A DNA stretch of 48,222 bases from Priapulus caudatus. Taxonomy: Eukaryota. Under the pieces are notes generated by a model. It was not told where the DNA came from. It made no database searches and worked only from the letters and a program-made list of their open reading frames with translations. The stretch covers positions 970,722 through 1,018,943 of the forward strand of contig NW_014577071.1 of the NCBI RefSeq assembly GCF_000485595.1, given 5' to 3'. The position numbers and the translations under genes are program-made. Positions 24,460 to 38,300 of the stretch are shown here, piece by piece (position 1 is the first letter of the stretch; each line of letters starts with the position of its first letter).

Positions 24460-25082
24460 GCGTCATGACTCATCAAGATATCATCAGTAAGACAACAATC
24501 GCGAATCATAAATGTTTGTTTTTATATACGATCGAGATACAAAAAAGGTTACCGAAGTGTTTATCATGAAAACACCGGGTTTACTTATAAATATAAAAAG
24601 TGACATCAATATAATTGGAATTTTGCTGTGTAATTGCGCTCTTTACATCTTAGTCTGATAGTTAAACAAACGGCTAGGTACAAGGTCTACAGGGTACTAG
24701 ATGCAAGCGTCATGACTCGGCAAGACATCATCAGTAAGACTACAATCGCCACTTGTAAAAAATTATTTAAAATGTTTGTTTTGGAACACGATTCAGAAGC
24801 GTAGCTAACCCATTTTTGGGGGGGCAAAGCCATGTACATGTGGTATGTTGGTGAGAAGCTGACCGCATTTGACCGTGTATTGTATATACTTTTTTGTCTG
24901 GGGGGGGGACTGCCCCTGTGCCCGCGCACCCCGGCAAGCTACAGCCCTGCGGTTAATATACAAGAAAGGTTACCGAAGTGTTTTTCACGAAAACGCCGAT
25001 TTTGCCCATGAATCAAAAGTGACATCATTATCATTTTAATTGTGCTGCGTAATTGCGTTCTTTTCATCTTAGTTTGATAGTT
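24460..25082 (+). repeat. Diverged tandem duplication (~200-250 bp units); second unit carries an insertion
   Basis: gcgtcatgactc..caaga.atcatcagtaagac.acaatcgc at 24460 and ~24707; aaaggttaccgaagtgttt...aaaagtgacatca...catcttagt.tgatagtt present in both units. Confidence 0.85.
24794..24949. mobile_element. Short CAG...CTG MITE (hAT-like, G/C-run subterminal motifs)
   Basis: Ends cagaagcgtagc and gctacagccctg are imperfect inverted repeats; internal ggggggg and tgcccc runs; absent from the first unit of the duplication. No clean 8-bp TSD. Confidence 0.5.
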
Positions 25083-27759
25083 GCGAAAGGGTCGTGTTAT
25101 ACCGTAATGTAAGTGATTTTTTATTTTCGACTTCACGACACCTCTGTGAATGGGTTACGAGATACGCTTACTGCGAAGACTAATGTTAATACTAAATTTT
25201 GTTTCTGACAACGGACCACTGGGCGAATTTTACGATATGCATCGTAAAGTCAAAAAAATACAAGATTTGTTTACGTTGAAATTTCAAGATTAGAATAATG
25301 ACATTTTCGGTATGACATATTTGCGGTTGTTTGCGGCAAGCATGGGAAACGTGACATATATCGCATTATCATATTGCCACGCAAAGGCTCGGTTTGTTCT
25401 TTTGTTAATAATTAATCAACTTGTATTCATCAAATATTAATGGCGGCGTCTACTAGTCTGAACTCTCGCTTTACGAAGTGCATGTCATTTCTCTGTACAC
25501 TGGCGCCATGGTGATTCAAAACCGTATTGTTGGTTGCCGGCTTTGATACTCTATTGTGATAAGTATGCAATTTTGTAATGCGTGCGTTTCTATACGAAGT
25601 AACCGATATACAGACGGATGTCCTTCTTACACATCTCAACCGTTTAATAGAGAAATCGGTTAGAAAAATCTTTTCAAACTTTTAATGGAAGGCCGTGATA
25701 CAAAACCCTAAACTGCATCTTGGTAATGGGTTGCAGAGCATTCACTATAAACGCTTTAACCTAGAAAGCGACTAAATAAACATTTTTCACTGTGTGTCAC
25801 AGTGTTATTATATTAAGTAATCAAATCCTTGGTATTTTGCGTTCATACTGCGTATATTTATGCGTGTTTGTTCAACTGCTTCGGGCAGAGAATTCGAGCG
25901 CGATTCCTGACATGTTATTCTCGTAATGTGGATTCGAGAATTAGAACGCAAACGAATTTACATATTCGTAGTTTTGCTCATTAAACCTTACTCAGTTTAT
26001 CCTCGTTGCATTAAGTTGTCAGGCGCAAAATCGCTTTCACGTATACAGCGAATGATAAACAATCTCAATATATCATTTCCAGAATATTGAACAAATGCGA
26101 TGTATCGATCGACCACTCTTACGAGTATTTGATGCACGGTCTAGTTGGTGAAGACTGCCAACGCAAAGAAACGTGCTGGTAGCGCACGCACGCGAATGAA
26201 GCATGCATTTAACAAGTTTTAACAAAAATAGTACAAGGTCGGATACGTGCGTGACGATTTCAATGCAACGTTGCATTTCGTTTAATGTAGAATATGGTAA
26301 GTTATTGTCCGTAAGTGCATTTCAGACTAAAATAGTTCTTTTTAACAATAATGTATTTGTTTAATGACTCGGGTCTCTGTGTATGTTTATATCTGAATCG
26401 TGCGAGCGAATTATTGTGGAATGGGTGTGCGAGGGGTAGCTACCATCAACTTTATCGGCCGATTTCCCGTTTCATTCTATTCAGATTATTGTTGAGATTC
26501 CAAATGGATTAAACGATGCACCATATGTATCTTTATTCTCTCCACGGTGTTCGTAAACGTATCACAAACACTGTCCGCACTATCGACGAACTTTTGGAAT
26601 TGGTTGGCGGTTATGTTTCTCTATTAATAATCATACGGTGGCGGTTACGACGTGGTTCATACTACAGCACGATACCGATGATATAAACAACAGCGTGGTT
26701 ATTGTGAAAAAAAATGTTATGTAATAAAAATAAATAATTTTAAATCAAATAAATAGCAACCTTTTCAGTATTTAACTGATCAGTCGATGCTTGTCGTGGT
26801 CTATCATAGTTTTTCATGCAGCGGTCTCGGATTCGTTCTTTAATAAATTATTGCAGCAACCTGCTTTCACTATTTGCACTACGACCATTATTAAAAAATA
26901 CGGCTTGTTATATCTGTATTATGAGTAACCGACATAATATAGAACAAACTGCACATAATCTACGTCAAGACTACACGGTGGACAGAATAAATTTACAGAG
27001 TAGTGTTTGGATTTCGGTCACGCGTGGTCCGTTGAGAGATGGAGCGAGATATTAAACGGATGGCTACGGCGGATTTTCATTTCATTCTAATATATTATTT
27101 ACAAGTTAGGCTTCGTTGCAGATCGCCTCGTTAAAAGTTTTTATTACGAGATTTTTGCTCAGAAACGCTTAATCCAAAAAATGTAGCGAAATATAGTCTC
27201 ACCTCACAGCCGATATATCACTGATTACACTATCTTGAAAAACACTAGGATTTTATGCGGTACATCGTAACACAACGAAAATAACATCGAGTCGCGAGAT
27301 TTGGTAAATGTGTCGACTTGTTTGCGAGAGACATGTAAGTCTATGGACAATAGCTGGCGCTAGTAGCACTACTAACTGGTCCAAGATTACAAGAAAAGGC
27401 TCGCTGGTAATCGAACTTGCATGTTTTGGTGAATACGAAGGTTCCAATGCATTTTATCGTTACTCCAGACAGTTGCTGTTAAGGCCCGTCTCCACACACG
27501 CGGCACGACACGACGCAGCGCCGTTGTGCTGAAAAAAGATACATTGTGATTTCGCGCATTGTGTCTGAGCGCATTGTGTTCACTCTGGTTCAGTGATCAG
27601 AAATTATGCATGTGCTTGAAGTCCATTGGCTGATGGTAGCGTGAGCAAAACACGTGATAAAAAGCAATCGCGTTGATTGGTTCAATTGTCTTTTCGCCGT
27701 CACGTCAGCCGGCAAAAGTCAAACTCATTTGACTTTCGCCGTCGCCGTGAAACCCGACC

Positions 27760-30700
27760 TATATATATATGGACCTGGAAACGTGACGTCTCTGTTCGGA
27801 AAATTTACAAATGGCGAATTCAGCGAGCCCGCGAGATGATGCGCGAGTCTGTAATCACTTTTTTAATTAATTATATCCACATAATAAGACTATATTCCAT
27901 TAATTACACACGCGAGGAGATAGCACTTCGCCACAATAGCGATGTCATTACCGAGCGGACAGGTTTCACGTATAAGGCGAACTGTCAGTGACTGCCAACA
28001 CCGGGTTGCCCGGACAACAGTCTTTAATTACACCAACAGACGTTGCCACGCGCGCGTGTATAGAATCGCGCTCAAAATTTTTCATGAGATACAATCGGAA
28101 GTCGAATGATGAACGTTGATGACGTCGCCTCATGCGAATCGCAGCGTGAAAGTGCAACGCGATCTTTAGAAAAGAATTGAATTAGTGGGACATGCTGCTG
28201 AAAGTTTACGATAGCAGGCTTGATTAATGACGGGAGGAGCGCACAGCCTAAAATCAGACCTATAGGTTTTAGATAAACGCAAAGGTTGTGAGAAGGAGGT
28301 GCATGTTGACTGTTTGAACCTTGGCTTGCCAGTTTGAAATCGGCCCGGGTGGCAAACAATACAAGTATATGAGTATTAATATAAGATCTATGAGTAATAA
28401 TCTATGATCTCTGCGTGCATGAACCTAAATGAACTCTGCAGTACCTCGTCTGATAATTTCGCAACTCTCAAACTCGAAGACGGCTGAGTATATCTATGCT
28501 GATGGCCATGAAGGGGTGAGAAAAGGGTATAATACAAGGTGCATCGCACTGAGGTGATTTTAACATCAAGGATATCGCAGTGGCGTACGTGTCTATTAAA
28601 GTGCGTCACGTGTCCATGTGGGAATGTGAGTTATATATGATTAATGACTGAAGATATCGCCTGACGTTTCGATAAATAGACGCTATAGACTTTGGACTTA
28701 TCGGTTATCGTTTGTAGTTATCACAGTGTTTTTTTTGCAGAGTCATTGTCCGATATTTTGTTGATCCGTAATTTGGCGATCACGTCACACACGGCCTTCT
28801 CGGCCGTGGTCGCGCAAAAGCACACGCATACCGAAACGCACGTGTACGCGGACTCGTTTTCACACACACGCACATACACACAAACACACAAGCACACAAA
28901 TAAACATACACACACACACTCCCCTTCCCCCCAAACACACAAACACACACAAACACACACAAACACACACACACACAACACACACCCCAAACATCACACA
29001 CACCACACCCCACACACACACACTCACCACACACACACACACACACACACACCCACACTAACACACACACACACACACACACAACCCCCCCCCTACCACA
29101 ATCCACACCACACACACTCCTCCCCACACACATACGCAGCACACCCACTCCTCATCTAAACCCACGCCTGCGAAGCGACAGGCAGACACAGGGCCGCGTG
29201 GGCGGGGGGGCGGGGCGCGATGATGAACCGGGAGCATCGGTAATGCCACCTCTCAGCTGGCTTTCCGCCGAATGTTTAACGCGCCACATGGCCAGATAAC
29301 ATAACCTAGCGTCGGCGTAGTGTACAGAGCAACGATGAAGCGGCAGCTTAAGTCGGTTATCGCAGTCACAAGTCAAGAAAGCGTCTGATGTTTAAGCGCA
29401 CGCGTGCTAATGCACTCTAGAGGCAACTATCTCTGAATAGGCAGTGTGCTTCGCGCGCTAACATATCTTAAGCGCCTGACGCCTATGGTCGCTTCACTAC
29501 ATGGCAAATCAGAATGTCGCAAAAAGATACAACAAAAGTAGAAAATCCATTAGGATTCAGTAATGTTGGGCGCGGTGGCCGGATGTCATAAGGCAAACGT
29601 GATCTACAGAGCAAACAACACCGCTCACTAAGAGTCGATATGCGGCTAGCTAATTGAGAGTACGGGTGAGGAAAATCTACGTAGGCGACAGCGATTTTAA
29701 GGCCCAGGCTCGGCTTACTACGCCCCCCACGCCAGACGAAACCGTAATACACTACCCATAACAATACCGCGCCGCCGCACAACACCTCGTCCCAGTCACA
29801 TAAGCATCACACCACACGCACAATATAGACATGCACCGTACCACACACATCACACAACACAACTGACACCACACCGAACGGCAACCAGCACAACAACGTA
29901 GGTGTGACTGGTGGTGGTGTGTCTGTGTGTGTGCGCGCCGCGCGCGCCGCGCGTGTTGTTGTGTGTGTGTTGTGTGTGTGTGTGCTGTGCGTGTGTGTGT
30001 GTATGTGAAGAGAGAGAGAGAGAGAGAGAGAGTGTGTGTGGTGTGTGCTGTGTGGTGTGTGTGGTGTGCTGTGTGGCTCTGGTGTGCTGTGTGTGGTGTG
30101 TGTGGCGTGTGTGTGTGTTCGATGTATGTGTGTGTTTGTGTGTGGTGTGTGTGTGTGTGTGTGTGTGTGTGGTGTGTCGTGCGTGCTGTGTGATTGTTAC
30201 TGTGCTACATGTTGCGTGCGTGTGGAATGTGGCGCGGCGTGCTGGTGTGTTATACCTGGTGTGTCGTGGTCGTGTGCTGCTGTGTTGTGGCGCGCGCGCG
30301 GTGTGTTTGTGTTGTGCAGCGTGTTGTGTTGTGGTATGCGCCGCCGGTACGTTGTGCGGCGTGTGCGTGCGTGCGTGCGTGTGTGGCGCGCGTCCCGCTG
30401 TGTGTGTGGTAAATGCGCGCGTTGCGTGTGGCGTGCGTGGCGTGCGTGCGTGCGTGCGTGTGTGCGCGCGCGTGTGTGGTGTGTGCTTCTGGCTCTTGAT
30501 GAAATTGACGAATCTGAGAATAATTCTCCTCAGTGATAGGGTCTTTACCAAGATGCCCCGAAGAGAGGGGGGGGGGGGGGGGGGGGTGCGCCACAAGCAA
30601 TTCTCATACATATATACGATCTCGTACATACAATATCGAAACGATTAACTCAACGGTAAATCTTTATATGCCGTAAGAGCATTTGAGAGCTTAAGTGATT

Positions 30701-33700
30701 TTGCGATTAAGTAATTCGAACGGTGAAGACACCGTCAAATATCCCTTGATTTAAAGAGCGGCCTAACTTTATCCGTATCGGAATAAAGATCATAATATTA
30801 TTCGTAAATCTCACCCCAAAACGTTTAACCGAGACACTGCACTAAAAGCCTAGTCGCTGAAGACTCGCGCTTTTCATTTGCGATGATTGAATTGCATTAC
30901 TCCCGATTCCGCGTATACCTACTGCATGAAGCCTACTACGCACTGAAAGAACGTGGGGTTTAAAGCAGCTCATAACAATCCATCAGACATCGTTGTTCTG
31001 CATTGACGCGATCAAGTCAACGGCGCATACTCTTGGCGGCACAATGTACACGCCAACAGTCCGGAGAAGCAAACAAATTCGGATACGATCAAAGTTGCGA
31101 AAAAAAATCTTTTTATCATTTCTTCGGCTTCTACTCTCTGCTGAATCGTCGTTATGGCGGGTGTTTACGTAAGCGCCGAAGCATCGGTAACTCTGTAAAA
31201 TGGGATGATGTTATAGAGTAAAGGCCCCTACGTTATTTAGATATACCGGCAGTACCAATGCAGTGAACCAAACCATATAGCTGATGCCGAGTACATTAGC
31301 ACATGCGTGCTGGTACGCCAAACTGTTATCTCAGTTCTATGAACGTCTATAAGCATTGAGTAAAATGTTATTTAGCTTCTTAGCATTTAAGACCTTTTTA
31401 ATTATAATAGAAAATTTCTACATATTAGCATGCCAAACTCACCCGCAATGTACGATCTGTTAAATCTCTACGTGTTAAGGTAAGTTAAGTTCTTAAGGTG
31501 TAGGTTCCTAAGTCGTTAGTTACAGTCGAAATCGCAACGTGCGTCTTTTAATAAAACGTTGTATAGCACGTCATTATCTCTGTTACGTTTAATTACATAG
31601 ATCCATCCTTTTTGAAGAAAATACTTGTTATTTAATTTCAAAATTAAACATTAAAGCTATTACTAAATGAATCTTTATACATGTATACACTTTAAGTACA
31701 AATGGTAACGCTCAGTTTGCAATCGAAGAATGCCTCAAGTCACACGATATTATTAATAAAATTGGTAAAACCGCGAGCCGTGTTTTCAAAATTTTACTAA
31801 TAGAAATGAACTCGACGATTCCTGGTTTCCTATTTCCACACGAACTGCCTACTCGAAGAAATTTGGTGTTCGCGTCTCGATAAGGTTCAGATTTAACCTA
31901 ATGTAATTTAATTTCTACACCAGTCTTTACCTAACTTCCTCGCCGCTTGTTGTCAAAAACCGTGGTAAAGTTAGGGAATAATGTTAATGGCTATGCTAAC
32001 CTGCTTACCGACAACGCCCATGCCACCGCAGAATGACGTTGACAGAAACGCATCGCAGCTAACGAGAAACCTACGAACCAGAAACTTAGTCATTGGTTTC
32101 ACAGTGGTTGCCGATTGGATGGAAATCGATCACAAAACGTCAATTCATATTCTCACTGTATTACTAATGCCTAGTCCTATTATCGTACTATATGTGCCCG
32201 TCTTAATGTTTAGTTATCGGATCGAATATCCATATGCATATAGTCCTTAATCATGTAGTAAATAATTAATGAAAACACAGCGGGTCATGTCTTTATTCTG
32301 TCAATGCAAGATATTATCTACGCGTAACTGAAGACGTGAGCGTCACTGACTCATCCCCGAATATCATCAGTAAGCAACAATCGCGATCATCAAATGTCTT
32401 CTGTTTTTATCTGACACGAGATACAAAAAGGTTACCGAAGTGTTTATCATGAAAACACCGGGTTACTTATAAATATAAACAGTGACATCAATATACCATT
32501 GAATTTTGCTGGGTAAGCTCGCGCTCTTTACATCTTAGTCTGATAGTTAAACTGAAACGGCTAGGTAAAGACAGGGTACTAGATCGCAAGCGTCAGACTC
32601 GGCAAGACATATCAGTAAGACTACAAATCGCCACTTGTAAAAAAATATTAAAATGTTCTGGTTTTGGAACACGATCAGAAGCGTAGCCTTCCACCCACTT
32701 TTTGGGGCAAAGCCATGTACATGGTATGTGCGTGAGAAGCTGACCGCATGGACGCGTGTATTGTACTCTAATTTTGTCTGGGGGGGGGGGGACTGCCCTC
32801 TGTGCCCGCGCACCCCGGAAGCTAGCAGCCTGCGGTATATACAAGAAGGTCCGAATGTTTTCAGGGGGCGAAAACCGATTTTTGCCCCATGAATCAAATA
32901 TGGAACATCATTATCATTTTAATTGTGGCTGGCGTAAGTTGCGTTCTTTCACTTAAGTTTGATCGGTTGCGAAGGTCGTGTTATTACCGAATGAAGTGAT
33001 TTTGTTATTTCGACTTCACGACACCCTCTGTGAATGGGTCGAGATACGCTACTGCGGAAACTAATGTTAATACAAATTTGTTCTGAGAACGGACCATGGC
33101 GAAGTTTACGATATGCCTCGTAAGTCAAAACAATACAACCGATCTTGTTTACGCTGAACATTTCAAGATTAGAATAAGAACATTTTCGGTATGACATATT
33201 TGCGGTGTGTTCTGCGCAGCATGGAAACGTGACATATACGGCATTATGCATATTGCCACGAAAGGCTCGGTTTGTTCTGTGTGTTAAAATCTAATCACTT
33301 GTATTCATCAAATATTAAGGCGGCGTCTACTATCTGAACTCTCGCTTTAGCGAAGTGCATTCATTTCCTGTACACTGCGCCATGTGATCAAAACCGTATT
33401 GTTGGTGCCGGCTTTGATACTCATTGTGATAAGTAGCAATTTGATAATGCCTGCGTTTCTATAACGAAGTAGAGATATAACAAGGACGGGAATGTCGCTT
33501 CTTACACATCTCAACAGTTTAATAGAGAATCGTAGAAAAATCGTTTCACCACGTTAATGGCAGCCGTGATACAAACCCTAAACTGCATCTTGGTAATGGG
33601 TTGCAGAGCATCTCACCTAAAACGCTTTAAACCTAGAACGCGACTAAATAAACCTTTTCAGCTGTGTTCAGCAGTGTTTATTAATTAAGTAATCTAAAAT

Positions 33701-35320
33701 CCTTGGTATTTTGCGTTCATACTGCTTATACGTTGATGCGTGTTTGTTCAACTGCTTCGGCAGAGAAGATCGAGCGCCGAATTCCGACAGTTATTCTCAT
33801 AAATGTGGATTCGAGACTAGAACGCAAGACGAAATTTACATATTCGTAGCTTTTGCTCATTAAACTTACTCCAGTTTAATCCATCGTGCATTAAGTTGTC
33901 AGGCCGCAATCGTTTCAACGTATAGCAAGCGAATGATAACAATCCCCATATATCATTTTCCAGGAATATTGAACAAATGCGATGTCATCGATCACCACTC
34001 TTACGAGGATTTGATGCACGGTCTATGGTGACAGACTGCCAAGCAAAGAAACGTCGCTGTGCGCAGCGCAACGCGAAAGGAAGCAGCATTGTAACAAGTT
34101 TAACAAAAATAGTCAAGGTCGGATACGTGCGGTGACGAATTCAATGCACACGTTGGCATTCGTTAATGTAGAATGATGGAAGTTATGTCGTCGTAAGTGC
34201 ATTTCAGACTAAAATGTTCTTGTTTAACAATAATGTATTTGTTTTAATGATCGGGTCTGCTGTGTACTGGTTTAATATCGTGAATCGTGCGAGCGTAATT
34301 ATTGTGGAAATGGGTGCTGGGCGAGGGGTGAGCACATCAACTATCGGCGCGATTTCCCGCGTTCATTCTATCAGCTTATTGTTGACGATCCAAATGGATT
34401 TAAGCTCGATGCACCATACTGTATCTTTTTCTCTCCACGGTGTCTGTAACGTATCACAAACACTGCCCACTATCGACGAACTTGAATTGGTGGGTTATGT
34501 TTCTCTATTAATAACATGACGGTTTGGGGGGCGGTTACTGAAAACGTGGTTCATACTACACACGATACCGATGAATATAAACAACATCGTGGTTATTGTG
34601 AAAAAGAAGTTGAATAAAATAAATAATTTTAAATCAAATAAATAAGCAACCTTGTCAGTATTTACTGATCAGTCGATCTTGGTCGTGGTCTATATAGTTT
34701 TTCATGGGCGCGGCCAGCGCGCCCGGTCTTCGATTCGTGTCTTTAAGTAAATTATGCAGCAACTGCTTTCACTATTTGCACTACGACCAATATTAGAAAA
34801 ATAGCGTGCTTTGTTATATCTGTATATGAGTAAGACGACATAATATAGAACAACTGCACAAACTACGTCAAGACTACACGGTGGACAGAAAATTTACAGA
34901 GTAGTTTTGGATTTGCGGTCAAGCGTGTCCGTTTGAAGATGGAGCGAGATATTAAGCGGAATGGAGCTACGGCGGATTTTCATTTCTGCTAAATATTATT
35001 TACAAGTTAGGCTTCGTTGCAGCTCGCCTCGTTAAAAGGTTTTTAGTACGAGATTCTCATAAACGCCTATCAAAAAATGATAGCGAAATATAGTCTTCAC
35101 GCTCACAAGCCGATATGAGGTCACTTGGTGGAAGTTGGCAGCTATCTGAAAAACACTAGGATTCTTATGGCGGTACTGTGAACACACGAAAATAAATCGA
35201 GTCGCCGAGATTTTGTACATATTGTGGTCGACCGTTGATTGCGCAGAGACAGTAACTGTGGACAATAGCATGGCGCTAGTAGGCACTAGCGGGAACTGGT
35301 CAGAGTTACAGGCTCATTCG
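27760..35320 (+). repeat. Copy 2 (equivalent to ~19869-27400), probable assembly duplication
   Basis: Starts tatatatggacctggaaacgtgacg (compare 19869); ~28966-30365 is identical to ~21075-22474; the remainder differs by indel noise. Confidence 0.93.
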
Positions 35321-35345
35321 NNNNNNNNNNNNNNNNNNNNNNNNN
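35321..35345. other. Assembly gap (25 N)
   Basis: Run of exactly 25 N between two noisy ends. Confidence 1.
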
Positions 35346-38300
35346 AGTAATTAGTGTCCATAGTAGGTCTAATATTTGCGGATGGTCGTGGTCATAAGAT
35401 GCTAGCCAGAACAGCGCTGAAAGTATGACTGATGTGATCGCGTTGATCGCTAGCCCATGACCTGTCTTAACCTTCTACGCCTTCTCGTAGTCTTCAATAA
35501 TGACTAAAGTACAGTCAATGCCGCACCATGTACAGCGCTGCGCCGGCTTACTACACATAGTAAACTAATATAACGGGAAACCCCGTTTATTGCAAGGCTA
35601 CAAAAACCCAACTATAAAAAATCTCCAACAATGCTCCTCCACGGTATTATAAACTATTATAGTTATTACGTAAATCAAATCAAAGCCGGATACAATCTGG
35701 GTTTATTGCCAGGTATATTTATGTGCGATGAAAAGTCTCGAACGACGAATTCGCGCCGTGATTTACGCGTATTAAATTTCCCAGTCACGAGAAGTCTACC
35801 AATTTCTATGCTGTGGTAGAGTTCGGATAGCAGCTTAAAAATATAATCGTCCAATTATTTTTGCTCTTTTGTTCTGGGTCGGTCGTGGCTACCACACGCA
35901 CGCAGCACAGCAACCGCACGCACGCAGTTCGACCCACCGCACAAACAGCAGTGCTACGGCACGGACACGGCACAACACACACAAGCCTCGGGCGTTGATA
36001 TAATCTGCACCAGCCGTCGCGCGAGCGCGCCACGCATGCCACGCACACAAACAACACGAGCACGCGCATCAGACATCATCGGCCACCAGCGCACACGACA
36101 TAGGCAGACATCACGCACCCGTTACAGCACATCATGCGCACGCACGCAACAGAACCAACTACACGGCACGCACACATGCACGCACGCACGCATAAACATC
36201 ACACATCGCGACGCACACACACCGGCAGCCGTACAGGTAGGTTCGGTGTCCTGCACGCACGCACGGCAACAAACACACACACGGGACGCGCGCTGCACTG
36301 CACAGGCATCACGCACGCACGCACAAACACACGCGACGTGAGGGTAGCGTTCGGCACACGAGTAGGGGGGGCTGACTCATGAGACACGCGGCGCACATAC
36401 CGCAGTAAGTGATCCACACACAACGTCAGCGTCATATCACGCACGCTACGCGAGCACATGATCGCACTCACGTCAACACTTCACATACACTACATCACAC
36501 ACACACAAACATCACACACTACAAACACACGACAAACACAATAACTATGACGCCGATATATAACTTATTGTACCTGAAACGTGAAGACGTCTTCTTGCGG
36601 AAAATAGATTACAAATGCGAATTCAACGAGGAGAGCAACTCTGCGAGATGTATTGACGCGAGTCTGTATTTCTCAACGTTATTTGTAATTAATACATATC
36701 GCACATATTATAAGACTATATCCTCTATTTAAAATTACATTTTGACATCGCGTAGCATGTAGACACTTTCGACCCACAATAGTCGATTGTCATTTGAGCG
36801 CGGACGGACCAGGTTCACGTTAAAGGCGAACCTGTCCTAGGACTGCCAACTACTGGTTGCCCGGACAACAGTCTTTTAATTAGCACTCATACCAGACGTT
36901 CCACCGCGCCGCGCGTATGTAAGAACACGCTCAACAATTTTTCTATGAGATACGATCGGAAGTCGAAATGATGAAACGTTGATGACGTCGCTCAATTACG
37001 AATCGCAGCGTGAAAGTGTCAAGCCGCGATCCTTTAGAAAAGAATGAATTGAGTGGACAATGCTGCGAACGAGTTTTACGATTATGAAGGCTGGATTAAT
37101 GACGGAGGAAGCGCACAGGCCTAAAACAGTACCCATATTAGGTTTTCAGATAACAGCAAGGTTGTGAGAATGAGTCATGTTGACTGTTTGAACCTTTGGC
37201 TTCCCAGTTTGAAAATCGGCCCGGGTGGCAAACAATACAAGTATAAATAGAGATACTTAATATACAGATTCTATGAGTAAACCTAGAGCTATGATCTTGC
37301 GTGGATGAACCTAATGAACTCTGCAGACCTCGTCTGATTAATGTTCCGCAAACTCTCAAACTCGAAGACGGCTGAGTATATCTAGCTTGAGTCGGGCCAT
37401 GAAAGGACGACTGATGAAAGGTGTATATCATACAAGTGCATCGCACTAGGTGAAGTTTTAACATTCAAAAGGAGATCCAGTGGCTGTGACGTGTCTATAG
37501 TAAGCATGTGACATAGCACGTGTCATTTGGTGCTGGAATGATTATATATGATTAATAACTGAAGAATCGCCTGACGTTTACGAGGAGATAATAGGCGCTA
37601 TTCGACTTTTGACTTATCGTTAATTCTTGGGCTGTTGTTAGCATGACCAGTGTTTTTTTGCTAAGGAGCCTCACTTAGTCCGACGGTATTTTGCCTTGAA
37701 TGTGACCGTAATTTGGCGATCACGCACCACCACGGCCTCTCGGCCAGTAAGTCACTGCAAAAGCAGCACGTTATCCCGAAAACGCACGTGTACGCGGACT
37801 TGCGTTTTCACACAACACCGGCCGGCGCGCTATTAATCTTATTTAGGAGAGTACAGGGTGATGCGCGATGCACATATACACGACAATAACACACACAATA
37901 CAAGCAAGCACACAAATAAATATACATCACACACACACACGACCCCTCGCCCCCAAACACACAACGCAACACAGCACAGAACACACACAGACACACACAC
38001 ACAACACACACACAAACACATTTTTTGTTATTACTTTTATGCTTTATGGTACAGGTCGTGTTTGTCGTTGTTTTAGTGCTTTGCATGCTTTTCTCTCAAT
38101 ACAAACACCATCAACACACACCCCACATCTACTACACAACACATCACACACACATTTGGCGTGTTTACGGCAGATTTTGGTATAACTCAATAGAGGCTAA
38201 TATCACATCAGACGACTCCATTCACACAACACACACACACCACAGCACAACAAACCCCCCCGATATTCCCGCCCTTTACATCACAAGTTCACAGCAGCAC

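Larger units (their letters stand above)
18929..27757 (+). repeat. Copy 1 of a ~8.8-kb non-coding segment, with CA-rich tracts at 19447-19830 and 20953-21255 and a TG-rich tract at 22010-22605
   Basis: Colinear with 27760-35320 and 35346-45515; the ORF track repeats identical translations at offset 7891 (e.g. 21167/29058, 21592/29483). Confidence 0.95.
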
